From assembly GCA_964524515.1 (NCBI GenBank), contig CAZGEA010000001.1, forward strand, positions 361,522 to 425,521: a stretch of DNA of 64,000 bases, read 5' to 3'. This document shows positions 18,683 through 28,689 of the stretch, in pieces. Source of the stretch: an uncultured Gammaproteobacteria bacterium (GTDB taxonomy: Bacteria > Patescibacteriota > Microgenomatia > UBA8517). Each line of letters starts with the position of its first letter. The stretch's first letter is position 1. The notes beneath the pieces are model-generated. The model had not been told where the DNA came from. It searched no databases and saw nothing but the letters and a program-made list of their open reading frames with translations. A program made the translations under genes and the position numbers.

Positions 18683-20359
18683 TTAATCCTCCATTACAGC
18701 TCTCAATACTTCTTCAATTGTTGTAAGCCCAGATGCAACTTTATCCAATCCATCTTGCATCATTGTAATCATACCCTCTAAAACTGCCTGTTTTTTAATT
18801 AAATCACTTGAAGATCGAGCAGTAATCAACTTTCTTATCGGTTCACTCAGTGCCAAAACTTCCACAACAGAAAGCCGGCCTGCATATCCTGTGTTATGAC
18901 ACCTATCACATCCCTTACCTTTATAAAATTTTTGATTTGAAACATCATGCCCTTCTTCAGTTAATCTATGCATAATACCTTCACTTGGAATATAAGGGGC
19001 CAAACAATTCTGACAAGATCTTCGCACCAATCTTTGCGCAACAATTGCATTCGTAGTAGAAGCTACCAAATAACCTTCAACTCCCATATCAAGTAAACGC
19101 GGAATTGCTCCAGATGCATCATTTGTATGAAGTGTTGATAACACCAAATGTCCAGTTAATGCTGAATTAACTGCAATCTGTGCAGTTTCTTTGTCTCTAA
19201 TTTCTCCAACCATCATAATATTTGGATCATGACGCAAAAGTGCTCTCAATCCTGCAGCAAAATCCATTCCAGCTTTTTGATTAACCTGAATTTGAGTTAC
19301 ACGCCCAATTCCATACTCAATAGGATCTTCAATCGTACAAATTTTAACTTTTACTGTATTTAAAATATTCAAAACTGAATATAAAGTAGTAGTTTTACCG
19401 CTTCCTGTTGGCCCAGTCACTAAAAGCATTCCATGAGGTTTATAAATATTCTCGCGAATTAGCTCCAAGTTATGTCCTGTCACTCCGAGCTCTTCAAGCG
19501 ATAGTGGACGCGTTGATTCAGCCAAAAGCCTTGCAACTACATTCTCACCATAAAACCCTGGAATTACAGATATACGAAGTGCAATGACATCATCATCAAT
19601 TTTAAATTTATAACGTCCATCTTGAGGAATTCTATGTTCATCAATTTTCAAATTCGAAACGATTTTAATACGCGCTATGAGTGCCGTTTCAATGCCCCGT
19701 GGAAGTTTAATAATATCCCTCAATACTCCATCAATTCTAAATCTTATAATTACATCATATTGAGCAGTCTCAATATGAACATCAGATGCACGCTCGGCTG
19801 CTGCATATTCTAAAATAGTATCAAAAACTTTAATTATCGGAAGCATTTCTGCAGCCTTTGTTGGATCTTCAACAACACCCGCTTTTTTTAGATTCTCTTC
19901 AATTACCCGATCAAATTCAGCAGAAATATTTTTCTTATATTGACCAAGTGCACGCCGTATATCCTCATCAGTCGCATAATAAGGTAAAACGTTCTGCCCT
20001 GTATGACGCCTCGCAAATTCCAAGGCTTCAAAATCAGCAGGATCTTCCATTGCAAGCTTAATCCCCTCCTGAGTCTTGTCAAAAGAAACCATTCTATAAC
20101 TTCTAGCCAACTTTTCAGGAACTAAATTCAAAACATCTTGAGGAATAACAACTTTACCAACATTTGCAAACGGAGCATGCAAATAATCTGCGATCAATTT
20201 TCCAAGCGCATCCTCACTAATTAATCCACGAAAAATTAAAACATCGTCAATCTCACGTCCCAAATCATTTGCCGATTGAAGACTATCATCAAAGTCAGCT
20301 TCTTTGACATATCCAGCATGAACAAGAATTTGTTTTAATTCGGCAGGAGCTATTTTCAT
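18683..20359 (-). CDS. pilB: Type IV pilus assembly ATPase PilB (GspE family)
   Basis: Walker A GPTGSGKTT. Asp and His boxes. Tetracysteine CQNC...CDRC zinc motif. N-terminal GspII_E-like domain. Confidence 0.9.
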   Translation of the reverse strand: MKIAPAELKQILVHAGYVKEADFDDSLQSANDLGREIDDVLIFRGLISEDALGKLIADYLHAPFANVGKVVIPQDVLNLVPEKLARSYRMVSFDKTQEGIKLAMEDPADFEALEFARRHTGQNVLPYYATDEDIRRALGQYKKNISAEFDRVIEENLKKAGVVEDPTKAAEMLPIIKVFDTILEYAAAERASDVHIETAQYDVIIRFRIDGVLRDIIKLPRGIETALIARIKIVSNLKIDEHRIPQDGRYKFKIDDDVIALRISVIPGFYGENVVARLLAESTRPLSLEELGVTGHNLELIRENIYKPHGMLLVTGPTGSGKTTTLYSVLNILNTVKVKICTIEDPIEYGIGRVTQIQVNQKAGMDFAAGLRALLRHDPNIMMVGEIRDKETAQIAVNSALTGHLVLSTLHTNDASGAIPRLLDMGVEGYLVASTTNAIVAQRLVRRSCQNCLAPYIPSEGIMHRLTEEGHDVSNQKFYKGKGCDRCHNTGYAGRLSVVEVLALSEPIRKLITARSSSDLIKKQAVLEGMITMMQDGLDKVASGLTTIEEVLRAVMED

Positions 20360-20392
20360 ACAATTATAAGATCACTTAAGACCCTACAATCA

Positions 20393-20899
20393 TTATAAAG
20401 CTCTTATGCCAGATGCTACAAATCTGAGGCTATCACGCGGTCCATCGCAAGTATATAAAGTTATTATTTCATCCTGACTTGCTGCAATTACACTTTTATC
20501 TGATGGCTTGACACTCTTAGTGTTTAAAATCACATATTTAAACATTTGATTATTTGAATAAACATAAACCAAATCACCACTAACCAATTCAGGAAGCCTT
20601 GCAAAAAAATCAACCTTATTATGAGCAAACAAAACCTGATTTCCATTCTTTCCAGGAAGTCCAGATTCCGCTCCCCAAGAAACATAATCATCATGAACTT
20701 CCCAATAACCATCAACTATTTGAGCAATCTTAACTGGTAAATCAATATCAATCTTTGGAATCACGACTCTTATTGGATAATTAGTTTCCGCTTGAACTGA
20801 AGTCTCAACAGCTTTTACCTTTGTTGTTTCAGTAATTTTCAAAAAAAACAAAGAAGACAAAAAAATAATAATAGTCAAAAAAAATATTATTTTCCTCAT
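20393..20899 (-). CDS. Sortase-family transpeptidase
   Basis: N-terminal TM. Conserved His (VLFAHN), catalytic Cys in the TLYTCDG (TLxTC) box, and a downstream Arg (RFVASG). Confidence 0.75.
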   Translation of the reverse strand: MRKIIFFLTIIIFLSSLFFLKITETTKVKAVETSVQAETNYPIRVVIPKIDIDLPVKIAQIVDGYWEVHDDYVSWGAESGLPGKNGNQVLFAHNKVDFFARLPELVSGDLVYVYSNNQMFKYVILNTKSVKPSDKSVIAASQDEIITLYTCDGPRDSLRFVASGIRAL

Positions 20900-20901
20900 T
20901 T

Positions 20902-22005
20902 TTATCTCTCTTTTGCTTCAAAAAATAATTGCGATGACCCTAAAAACACAATTGAAGCTCCAAACAAAATACCTGTTAACAAATTTTGGTTAATTCCTGT
21001 AAAAGATAAACCTAAAACTGATGGATTATTAGAAGAATTGCTTACATTTGATGTACCGCCTCTAGAATCGTTATTTGAATTAGAATTAGAATTTTGCTGC
21101 CCAGGATCACTCACACCAGGATCCAAAGGATCACCCGGGTCAGAGACATGATAGCAGTCACAATTTACATGAACAAATGAACTATTTGCTTCATTCTCCA
21201 CTTCAACATTTACAAAAATATCTCCTGTTTTAATTATAGAATCCCCCATTAAACCATCAATCTCATTAAAACTAGTATTCAAATCCAAATTAAGATTATT
21301 TTCTATTTTTAAATTATTATTTACTGTAATCTTATTTTTTTGATTTGTACTAACATTAATACTGTTAACACTATTGGCGCCATTACCACTCACACTTAAA
21401 CTAAGACTGTTGTTTGAATTTGCTGGCATAATAATCGCAGATTGATTTACAGATTTATTTGAAATGTTAACTTTTGCACTTATATTTCCTGTGGTGATTA
21501 AAGCAGACCCCTGATTACCATTTACTTTATTTAATCCAGTATTTATATTGCCACTTATATTAGTTGTTATTAATGCATTATTATTTTGGTTTAAATTATT
21601 TTGATTAGAACTATCAATTTTTACATTTTGCTGTGATCCTTCGCCATTTCCAATAACTTTAACATCCTGACCATTACTACATTTACAATCATTTTCAGTT
21701 ATTTGATTTGAATTTAAAGAATTAGATACCTCAACCTGTGTTTTTGCATTCCCAGTTTCAATACTACTATCTCCTTGGCTATTTGTAACAAAATTATTGC
21801 CTGTATTTGAATTTACATTTACATTATTTTCAACTTTTGCCTCATTACTTTGGGTAACATTTGAAGTTTGTTCATTTATAGTTGTTACTTGAGAACTAGA
21901 ATTCTCACCATTACCAGATACTTGAATCTCCATCGCATAAATAGCTAATGGAAAATTAAAAAATAAAAATATTGAAGCTACTAAACTAAATACTTTGCGT
22001 CCCAT
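20902..22005 (-). CDS. Secreted Asn/Ser-rich repeat protein with C-terminal hydrophobic anchor and charged tail (possible sortase substrate)
   Basis: Signal peptide. Repeat modules containing ..TGNAKT..V.N..NSN....CKC / ..VNCDC.. The C-terminus is ...GLSFTGINQNLLTGILFGASIVFLGSSQLFFEAKER. Confidence 0.6.
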   Translation of the reverse strand: MGRKVFSLVASIFLFFNFPLAIYAMEIQVSGNGENSSSQVTTINEQTSNVTQSNEAKVENNVNVNSNTGNNFVTNSQGDSSIETGNAKTQVEVSNSLNSNQITENDCKCSNGQDVKVIGNGEGSQQNVKIDSSNQNNLNQNNNALITTNISGNINTGLNKVNGNQGSALITTGNISAKVNISNKSVNQSAIIMPANSNNSLSLSVSGNGANSVNSINVSTNQKNKITVNNNLKIENNLNLDLNTSFNEIDGLMGDSIIKTGDIFVNVEVENEANSSFVHVNCDCYHVSDPGDPLDPGVSDPGQQNSNSNSNNDSRGGTSNVSNSSNNPSVLGLSFTGINQNLLTGILFGASIVFLGSSQLFFEAKER

Positions 22006-24253
22006 TGCCGCCTTTCTTGGGCAATTTGGACTTCTTTACAAATCTAAACGAAAGATACGAAATAGCAACAGGAATTAATAGAATAAACCAAGCCAAATTA
22101 AGAGTAACTGTTCTGCTTCCAGCAACCACTGCTGAATCTGAATTATCAACTACTTGTGAACTATCATTGTTAGCTGCACCCAACACCTCATTATTGTCTT
22201 GTGCTAAACCTCCAAAATTCAAAACTTTATTATTATTTGGTTTTTTGCTAACAGTAATCACATTGTCAGCATTACCATTTGATGTATTGCTAGAATTACT
22301 ACTTGTTGATGTGTTAGATGAATTACTACTGTTTGAATTATTTGACGCACCACCAATAGCTTGATTGTTGTTTGAAGATTCAGTTACTGTATTTGTTTGT
22401 TCCTTAGTTTGCCCAGGAGCCACAAAGTTACCAAGCCATGACCCAAATACATTAACAACAGTTACCAACAAATTACCATCTCCAGCGATATTATTGTTAA
22501 CAAAGTTAACTATATTTGCAACTATATTTGCGTCGCCTGTTGTAATATTTGAATCTCCACCTGTATTTCGGCTTGCATCATTGTTGCCAGTATTTGCATC
22601 CAAATTTATATTATTAATAATATGTGCATTATTTGTCTGTGACAATTCATTATTTGTAACGCTTTCTTGATTTGCAGAATTATTACTATTTGCCCCGTTT
22701 CCATTATTTGATGCCATTACATGACCATTTTCATCTACAGTAATCTCCATTTGAGGGCTTCCGGCAACATTTGATCCATCAGGTGAACCCATAATTCTTC
22801 CAACCCATTTTCCAGCTTCATTAACAATTACCAACCACCAATTGCCACCAGTCAAATTATTATTTGCTACATTAATTACTTGTGCAGCCACTGATGAATT
22901 TCCAGTTGTCACTCCATTATTTCCATTCGTGTTTCGATCAACTTCATTTTGTCCAGTTGATGCATTGAAATTCAAATTATTTTCAATTACGGCATTATTA
23001 TTCTGAGTCAATGAATTTGTATTTGAAGAATTTGCACTTGCACTATTATTACTTTCTGATCCATTTTGATTATTTGCAGCTATTGGATTTATGCCAAGTG
23101 CAGCAAGTGCCTCAGGAGTCAAAATAATATCACCATCCAAATTTCCATATACATTAACAACTCCGTAAGTTACTTTTCCAGCTAAATTGTTATTAGCAAA
23201 ATTCAAAATATTTGCAGATACATTTGCGTCCCCTGTTGTAATGTTTGAATCTCCACCTGTATTTCGATTTGCATCATTGCTTCCAGAATCAGAAGTTAAA
23301 TACACGTTATTCTCAAGTGTCGCTTCGTTATTTTGAAAGGTAATATTATTTTGTTCATTTGTTGTATTTGCACTATTATTTGAATTTGCACCATTTCCAG
23401 TATTTTGAGCCACACCACTTCCCAAATTACATCCCGAAATACAATTTGATGTATTTCCAAAATCAAGAATTAAATCACCTTTTTGGTCATCAGCTACATT
23501 AAATTCATAAACTGAAACTCCGGCAACATTTGTATTTACAGTATTAATTAATGTTCCACTTGTATTTGCATCTCCAGTTGTAATTTTATTATCAGAACCA
23601 GTATTTCGAGATGTTGAATTCTCACCAGTTACAGTAGATGCACCTAAATTATTTACTACAGTTGCACTATTTTGCTGATCCAAAACATTTGTAGATGATG
23701 AATTTGAATCTGCCGAATTAGCAGATCCTGCTCCATTACCTTGATTTACAACAATTGATCCGTCTGTTTGCCCAGGTGTAACAACTGCAGCACTATTATT
23801 TGCATCAACTGCTGCAATAACACTTGTAGTTGCATTTCCAGTATCAATTGTCGAACCACTTCCATTATTTGAATTTTGGTTTCCACTTCCTGTTTCAGTT
23901 ACTGGCACATAAGTTGAACTAGGAGTTACAGTTGGTTGTACTTGGTTATTATTGTCAGTTGCAATGGAAGTGGGAGTTGCTGTTGGTGCATTTGCTGGTT
24001 TAACTGTAGCAACTGGAGTTGGAGTAACAATTGGATTAGCAGTTGCAATTGGTGCAGGTGTTGGAACATAAGTTGGATGAGGTGTACTAATTGGTGCAAT
24101 AGTTGGAACAGCTGGTGCAGTGGCAACTGGTGGGGCTGTTGGAATAGGTGCAGGTGTTGGAATCTCAACTTGAGCAAAAACAAAACTTCCGCTTTGCACA
24201 AACAAAGTTACTATCAATATAAAACTTGTTATTATTTTTTTAATTTTTTTCAT
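21986..24253 (-). CDS. Giant (755 aa) secreted Asn/Thr/Gly-rich repeat surface protein
   Basis: Signal peptide plus a Pro/Thr/Ala linker. At least four modules of RNTGGDSNITTGDAN(V/I).ANI.NF.NNN.AG... spaced about 80-90 aa apart. C-terminal TM plus KK-rich tail. Confidence 0.65.
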   Translation of the reverse strand: MKKIKKIITSFILIVTLFVQSGSFVFAQVEIPTPAPIPTAPPVATAPAVPTIAPISTPHPTYVPTPAPIATANPIVTPTPVATVKPANAPTATPTSIATDNNNQVQPTVTPSSTYVPVTETGSGNQNSNNGSGSTIDTGNATTSVIAAVDANNSAAVVTPGQTDGSIVVNQGNGAGSANSADSNSSSTNVLDQQNSATVVNNLGASTVTGENSTSRNTGSDNKITTGDANTSGTLINTVNTNVAGVSVYEFNVADDQKGDLILDFGNTSNCISGCNLGSGVAQNTGNGANSNNSANTTNEQNNITFQNNEATLENNVYLTSDSGSNDANRNTGGDSNITTGDANVSANILNFANNNLAGKVTYGVVNVYGNLDGDIILTPEALAALGINPIAANNQNGSESNNSASANSSNTNSLTQNNNAVIENNLNFNASTGQNEVDRNTNGNNGVTTGNSSVAAQVINVANNNLTGGNWWLVIVNEAGKWVGRIMGSPDGSNVAGSPQMEITVDENGHVMASNNGNGANSNNSANQESVTNNELSQTNNAHIINNINLDANTGNNDASRNTGGDSNITTGDANIVANIVNFVNNNIAGDGNLLVTVVNVFGSWLGNFVAPGQTKEQTNTVTESSNNNQAIGGASNNSNSSNSSNTSTSSNSSNTSNGNADNVITVSKKPNNNKVLNFGGLAQDNNEVLGAANNDSSQVVDNSDSAVVAGSRTVTLNLAWFILLIPVAISYLSFRFVKKSKLPKKGGNGTQSI

Positions 24254-24362
24254 TACTATCTAATTTTTGCGTTGCCCTAACTTACAAAGACTCTAAATTT
24301 ATTTTTGGATTCTCAGTGTGGGGCTTGAAGTGTAAAGCCCCGCACTTCGATTCCATAAGTTC

Positions 24363-25718
24363 TTATCTAACTCCCAAAGCTCCGAGTAAATCGGATAAAT
24401 TGAAAGTAAAATTCAAACTAACTCCTCCCATATGGGAAGGCATATCGTGATCAGATTCTGAACCGTAAACGTTAGAATTTCCTGAAGTTTCAGCACTTGC
24501 TATAACTTCTGAATTTCCTGTTTCGATTGCTGGATCGCTCTCACTATATCCTGTCTCTTTCTTTGCTGTATTTTCTCCAGTATTAGAGAATGCATCGAAA
24601 TCGTTAGTTACACAATCGTGTCCTCTTCTGTAACCATCGAATAGTGCTTCAAATCCAAAAGATTCTCCACAAGCATTTTCTTGGAAGATATTTTTAGAAT
24701 CTGTGAGCTCGGCATTGATAGCGTTGTCGCTTTCATATCCGTTTCCATCAACTTTTGCGTATACGTCTGTTAAACAATCACAATCGACATTTGCCCAGTT
24801 GAAATTGGCTGCAGTGTCAGCAAGAACTGCTGTCTTTGCATTTCCAGTATCAATTGAGGTGTCGCCTCCTGTGTTCTTAGATGCTTCGTTCCAACCTGTG
24901 TTGGCAGATGCATCAAGATAGTTAGCGATGTCAGAATTGTTGTACTGTTGAAGAGTCATATCTCGGTCAAGATATAAATCAATATTGTTGTCTGTTTCGG
25001 CACCGTTTCCAGTAACGATTAAGTCAACTGTTGATCCATTTCCGTTTCCACCTACATTTGCCCAATTTGAGTTAGCCTCATTGGATACTTGAACTCCTGT
25101 CCAAGCAGTTCCTGTAGATATAGAATTATCTCCTCCAGTATTTTTATTTAACTCATTGTCTCCTGTTGAACTGTCTGCGTTTATTTTATTTTTAACATCT
25201 GCATTGTTCTCTTGAGCAACTACAGTTTTGTTAGAAAGTTCTAAATTAGCAGAGTTATCACTTTCGTATCCGTTATTAGCCACCTTAATTAAAGCGTCTG
25301 TATCACAGTTACAATTCTCAACATTTAAAACATTGCTGTTTAATTCATTTTTTACATCGACTACAGTTTTGGAGTCTCCTGTATCAATTGAACTATTTCC
25401 ACCAGTGTTTTTATTTGCTGAATTTCCTCCTGTATTAGAACTTACGTTGATATCATTTTTGACATCAGCATCATTCTTTTGAGATACAACGGTTTCTTGA
25501 GTTTGCGCCACAGATGCGCCGTTTGTTGAATTAGCACCGTTACCAGTAATCTGAATAACAGTTGATCCTCCATCAGTTGCAAAAGCAACAGATACAGGAG
25601 CTGCCAAATTTCCAACTAAAGCGAAAGCTGCGAAAGCTGTTGTTAATTTTTTTCTAAATGTCATTTCATTTTTCACCTCCGCACTAATGAGAAGTTTCGA
25701 AATAAATTTCGAAAGCAC
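24363..25718 (-). CDS. Secreted repeat surface protein (451 aa), same module family, with CxC pairs
   Basis: Three modules of KNTGG(D/N).SI.TG.(A/S)KT...N.AN.NWANV.C.C...V..NGYESDN. Signal peptide present. Confidence 0.65.
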   Translation of the reverse strand: MLSKFISKLLISAEVKNEMTFRKKLTTAFAAFALVGNLAAPVSVAFATDGGSTVIQITGNGANSTNGASVAQTQETVVSQKNDADVKNDINVSSNTGGNSANKNTGGNSSIDTGDSKTVVDVKNELNSNVLNVENCNCDTDALIKVANNGYESDNSANLELSNKTVVAQENNADVKNKINADSSTGDNELNKNTGGDNSISTGTAWTGVQVSNEANSNWANVGGNGNGSTVDLIVTGNGAETDNNIDLYLDRDMTLQQYNNSDIANYLDASANTGWNEASKNTGGDTSIDTGNAKTAVLADTAANFNWANVDCDCLTDVYAKVDGNGYESDNAINAELTDSKNIFQENACGESFGFEALFDGYRRGHDCVTNDFDAFSNTGENTAKKETGYSESDPAIETGNSEVIASAETSGNSNVYGSESDHDMPSHMGGVSLNFTFNLSDLLGALGVR

Positions 25719-25938
25719 TTCTTTCTCAAATTTCCGTTCTCGCTATAAAACGAAAACGGAGGCCTTTCAATCCAAAAGAATTTTTCTCTAAAAAAAACTT
25801 TTAGGTTGATAAGCCTCCGGTTTGCGGTCAGCGAATCATTCAATTACTTTAACCCATATTACTAATAATTGGGCTAATACAGACTATATATACACAATTT
25901 TTTTCAGCCTTGTCAATATGCAATTACAGGATATGTAA

Positions 25939-26130
25939 TCAATTTTTATGTCGTGCCAATGTATTTCCTGTTTTTCGGATGTTGCGAACTGTAATTTGAG
26001 TAACGTTTCCTTCTTGTACATAAATCTCAATACTACCGTAACTTTTTACAGATTTAAGTGCCTTCTTTATTTCAATAAGAAGTGTCTCTGATATTTTTGA
26101 AGTTGAATATTCTCTTGTTGTTGATATCAT
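25939..26130 (-). CDS. Hypothetical small protein
   Basis: ORF only. Confidence 0.3.
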   Translation of the reverse strand: MISTTREYSTSKISETLLIEIKKALKSVKSYGSIEIYVQEGNVTQITVRNIRKTGNTLARHKN

Positions 26131-26151
26131 TTATGTTTACCGAAACACTAC

Positions 26152-26724
26152 TTATTGCAAGCTGATTTCAATTTCTTGCTTTTCACCTTTAATTTCCCCA
26201 ACATGGATTACAAAATCACGAACTCCATCGTTTACTGGAAATCCGATTCTTGAATATTTTGTAGAAATTGCCTGCACCTCAACTGGATCATTGTGAATAT
26301 CAGGAGCTAATAACTCATCATTACCTTTGATTGATAACCTAACATAATCACGAGTGTTAATTTGAACTGCTTTGTTTAAACTATTTGTAATTTTCAAATT
26401 TATAGTTAAAAAAGTTCTTCCATTTGCTGCAGTTGCTTTTTGACCTTTAACAATTATCTCATCACTTAACTCAGCTTTTTCCAAAACAAATTTTATATCT
26501 GAAGTCGTTGATGTTGCAGATACGGGAAAACTAAATTCTTTATTAATATCTCTTGAGGCATAAACTGAGCTTGATGCAGGAGGTGTTGTTTGTGAAGAAG
26601 TTGGTCGAACAAATAATTTGCTAAAAGCGACAAATATACCAATTATTACTATAAGTCCAATTACAGCAAAAATTATATTTTTATTTCGAAATTTATTCAT
26701 TTTATTAAAACTATGCAATAACAA
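26152..26724 (-). CDS. Membrane-anchored hypothetical protein
   Basis: N-terminal TM, then a Ser/Thr-rich linker, then a beta-rich domain. Confidence 0.4.
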   Translation of the reverse strand: MLLHSFNKMNKFRNKNIIFAVIGLIVIIGIFVAFSKLFVRPTSSQTTPPASSSVYASRDINKEFSFPVSATSTTSDIKFVLEKAELSDEIIVKGQKATAANGRTFLTINLKITNSLNKAVQINTRDYVRLSIKGNDELLAPDIHNDPVEVQAISTKYSRIGFPVNDGVRDFVIHVGEIKGEKQEIEISLQ

Positions 26725-26783
26725 TTTTGGGGGCAGAAATCACTTATCAATTAAACTTCCGTATACTACTAAGTTAATTAAGA

Positions 26784-28124
26784 CTAGTCAAGAGGTACAA
26801 CACGAGATATCACAACTGATGAAATTCTATTCTTAATATCTTCCAAAATTTTATTCAAAATACTGGGCAATTCAGATGCATTTGTGGCGTTAAAATAGCC
26901 TCCAGGAGTTCCATAATCATTTAAAACTTTCTGCACTTGGCATGTAAAAACATCTCGCTGATCAAATACAGTAACTGAATAAGCATCAGTTGATGGGTTT
27001 CTAATTCCAGTAAAATTCCCTGATCGTCCATCGTAATTTTGGCTATCAAACTGGCTAGCTGGAAATGTTTTTGTGGTATCAGCTACAGTACAAGCCAAAA
27101 ACTGCATTGCGGCTGATGAACATGCATAATAAGCATTGTTATTATAATAATAAGGTGCACCTGTATTATTGGTTTTATAATCCGGATATTCCCATTCTTT
27201 CAAAAAACAATCCCAACCATAAGGGTTTGATTGACAATAATCCTGCCCCGTTGCACTAATTGGATATGCAGGGCAAAAACCATCAGTTGTTGGATTAATT
27301 TTATCTGGATAGCCCCATTTAGTAACTTTTGGTGCACATTTAGCATATGGAATTCTAGAATTAGACACTCCATCAGTAATAACAATTTCAACATGCTTTG
27401 CAGAATCATTTGATGCATTACTATCAAAATAATCCTGTGCAAGAGTGAACCCTGTTCCCACACTTGTTGAATCAATTAATTTTCGACAAGCACTCGAAGT
27501 TGCCCAAGTTGATCCAAACTCAGAATTTATTTTATTTTTAGCAAATTCAAAATCAGTAGTTGGCGCAATTAGAACTGATCCATCTACACCATAAACTCCA
27601 ACACCTAATTTAAAATTAGCCTCAGTACTATTTTTAACTCCATCAATAAATGAAATTGCGGCTGCCTTTTGTGCATCAAAACGAGTTTGTGAACTTCCAG
27701 GAGAAGCTGCCTGATCCATACTACTTGTACAATCCAATGACAAAAATATTTCCACACTTGGTTTATTAGTTGTATTTGATTGCACAGCTTGAAGTTTGGA
27801 GACTGCAAATCCACGACGTGCTGAAACACTCAATGTATCAGTTGAACCACCAGTGTTTTTAGTATCATAAGTAATATCACCAACTGTTTTAGTTCCATAA
27901 TCAGAAGATGTTAATGTTCCTTGTGTTGATTTTTTAAGCAAATTATTCAAATACGATTCAGAGGCGTAGGTTGAAACTGCAATATCAGATGCTGATCTGT
28001 TGCGAGTTATAGACAAAAGAACACGCGATCCTCCAATTGCTAATACAAAAGTAGCAAGAACAGCAATAAACATCACATAAATTAAAGTTACAATTCCTTG
28101 ATTTTTAATATTTATTTTCTTCAT
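26784..28124 (-). CDS. Membrane-anchored von Willebrand factor A (VWA) domain protein, pilus-associated (TadG/tip-adhesin-like)
   Basis: N-terminal TM similar to pseudopilin/TadE-like helices. MIDAS motif LSLDCTSSMD. Heads an operon of three pseudopilins. Confidence 0.65.
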   Translation of the reverse strand: MKKINIKNQGIVTLIYVMFIAVLATFVLAIGGSRVLLSITRNRSASDIAVSTYASESYLNNLLKKSTQGTLTSSDYGTKTVGDITYDTKNTGGSTDTLSVSARRGFAVSKLQAVQSNTTNKPSVEIFLSLDCTSSMDQAASPGSSQTRFDAQKAAAISFIDGVKNSTEANFKLGVGVYGVDGSVLIAPTTDFEFAKNKINSEFGSTWATSSACRKLIDSTSVGTGFTLAQDYFDSNASNDSAKHVEIVITDGVSNSRIPYAKCAPKVTKWGYPDKINPTTDGFCPAYPISATGQDYCQSNPYGWDCFLKEWEYPDYKTNNTGAPYYYNNNAYYACSSAAMQFLACTVADTTKTFPASQFDSQNYDGRSGNFTGIRNPSTDAYSVTVFDQRDVFTCQVQKVLNDYGTPGGYFNATNASELPSILNKILEDIKNRISSVVISRVVPLD

Positions 28125-28128
28125 AATT

Positions 28129-28689
28129 TTATCTTCCAGGTCCTACCCCTCCACCACAGTTATTCCCAGTACAAGGTCCAGGTGTCGGACAAAAAAATGT
28201 TGTAACAGTTGGCGTGGGCTGTGCACCAGATTGATTTCCCAAAAATTGCAATTTTCTCTTTGATACAACCATTCTCAATCTATCATTTTGAGTTGAAGAT
28301 GAAGCAAGTTCAAAATCAATTGTTATTTCATAGCTTGGATAATCAGATTCAGCTGAATAATCTCTTACTTCAAAATCAGTAACCAAAACCTCCATTGCAG
28401 TTAATGATTCTCCATTCCTTGTTAATTTTTGATTCTCAAGTTTATAAATAACATTTGAATCCAAATCCAAAACTCCACCTGACCATTTAACATCATTAGC
28501 CCAACGGACGTTATTCGACATATCCTGCATAATATCGTTTTTAGTCTGCTCCAAAACTTGAGTTCTTCTAGTTCTGGTATCAGCAGAATAAAGAAGCAAA
28601 AATATCGAACTAGTTGTTAAAAATATCAATATAGAAACAGAAATTCCAATCAACAATTCAATGAGGGTGAAACCTTGTTTTTTATTCAT
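28129..28689 (-). CDS. Pseudopilin / minor pilin (prepilin-type N-terminus)
   Basis: KQG|FTLIELLIGISVSILIFL. Confidence 0.7.
   Translation of the reverse strand: MNKKQGFTLIELLIGISVSILIFLTTSSIFLLLYSADTRTRRTQVLEQTKNDIMQDMSNNVRWANDVKWSGGVLDLDSNVIYKLENQKLTRNGESLTAMEVLVTDFEVRDYSAESDYPSYEITIDFELASSSTQNDRLRMVVSKRKLQFLGNQSGAQPTPTVTTFFCPTPGPCTGNNCGGGVGPGR

Noticed and set aside
22005-22670. Plus-strand ORFs (119 aa, 101 aa) and 23936..24280 (114 aa, Cys/Trp-rich) inside the giant repeat-protein gene
   Set aside because: They lie antisense to a long, well-supported minus-strand gene. Their odd low-complexity composition mirrors the repeat DNA. They are most likely frame artefacts.
24312-24347. Stem-loop GTGGGGCTT...AAGCCCCGCAC between the two large repeat-protein genes as an intrinsic terminator
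   Set aside because: The stem is reasonable but no U-tract follows in either orientation. It is recorded only as a possible RNA structure, not called a terminator.
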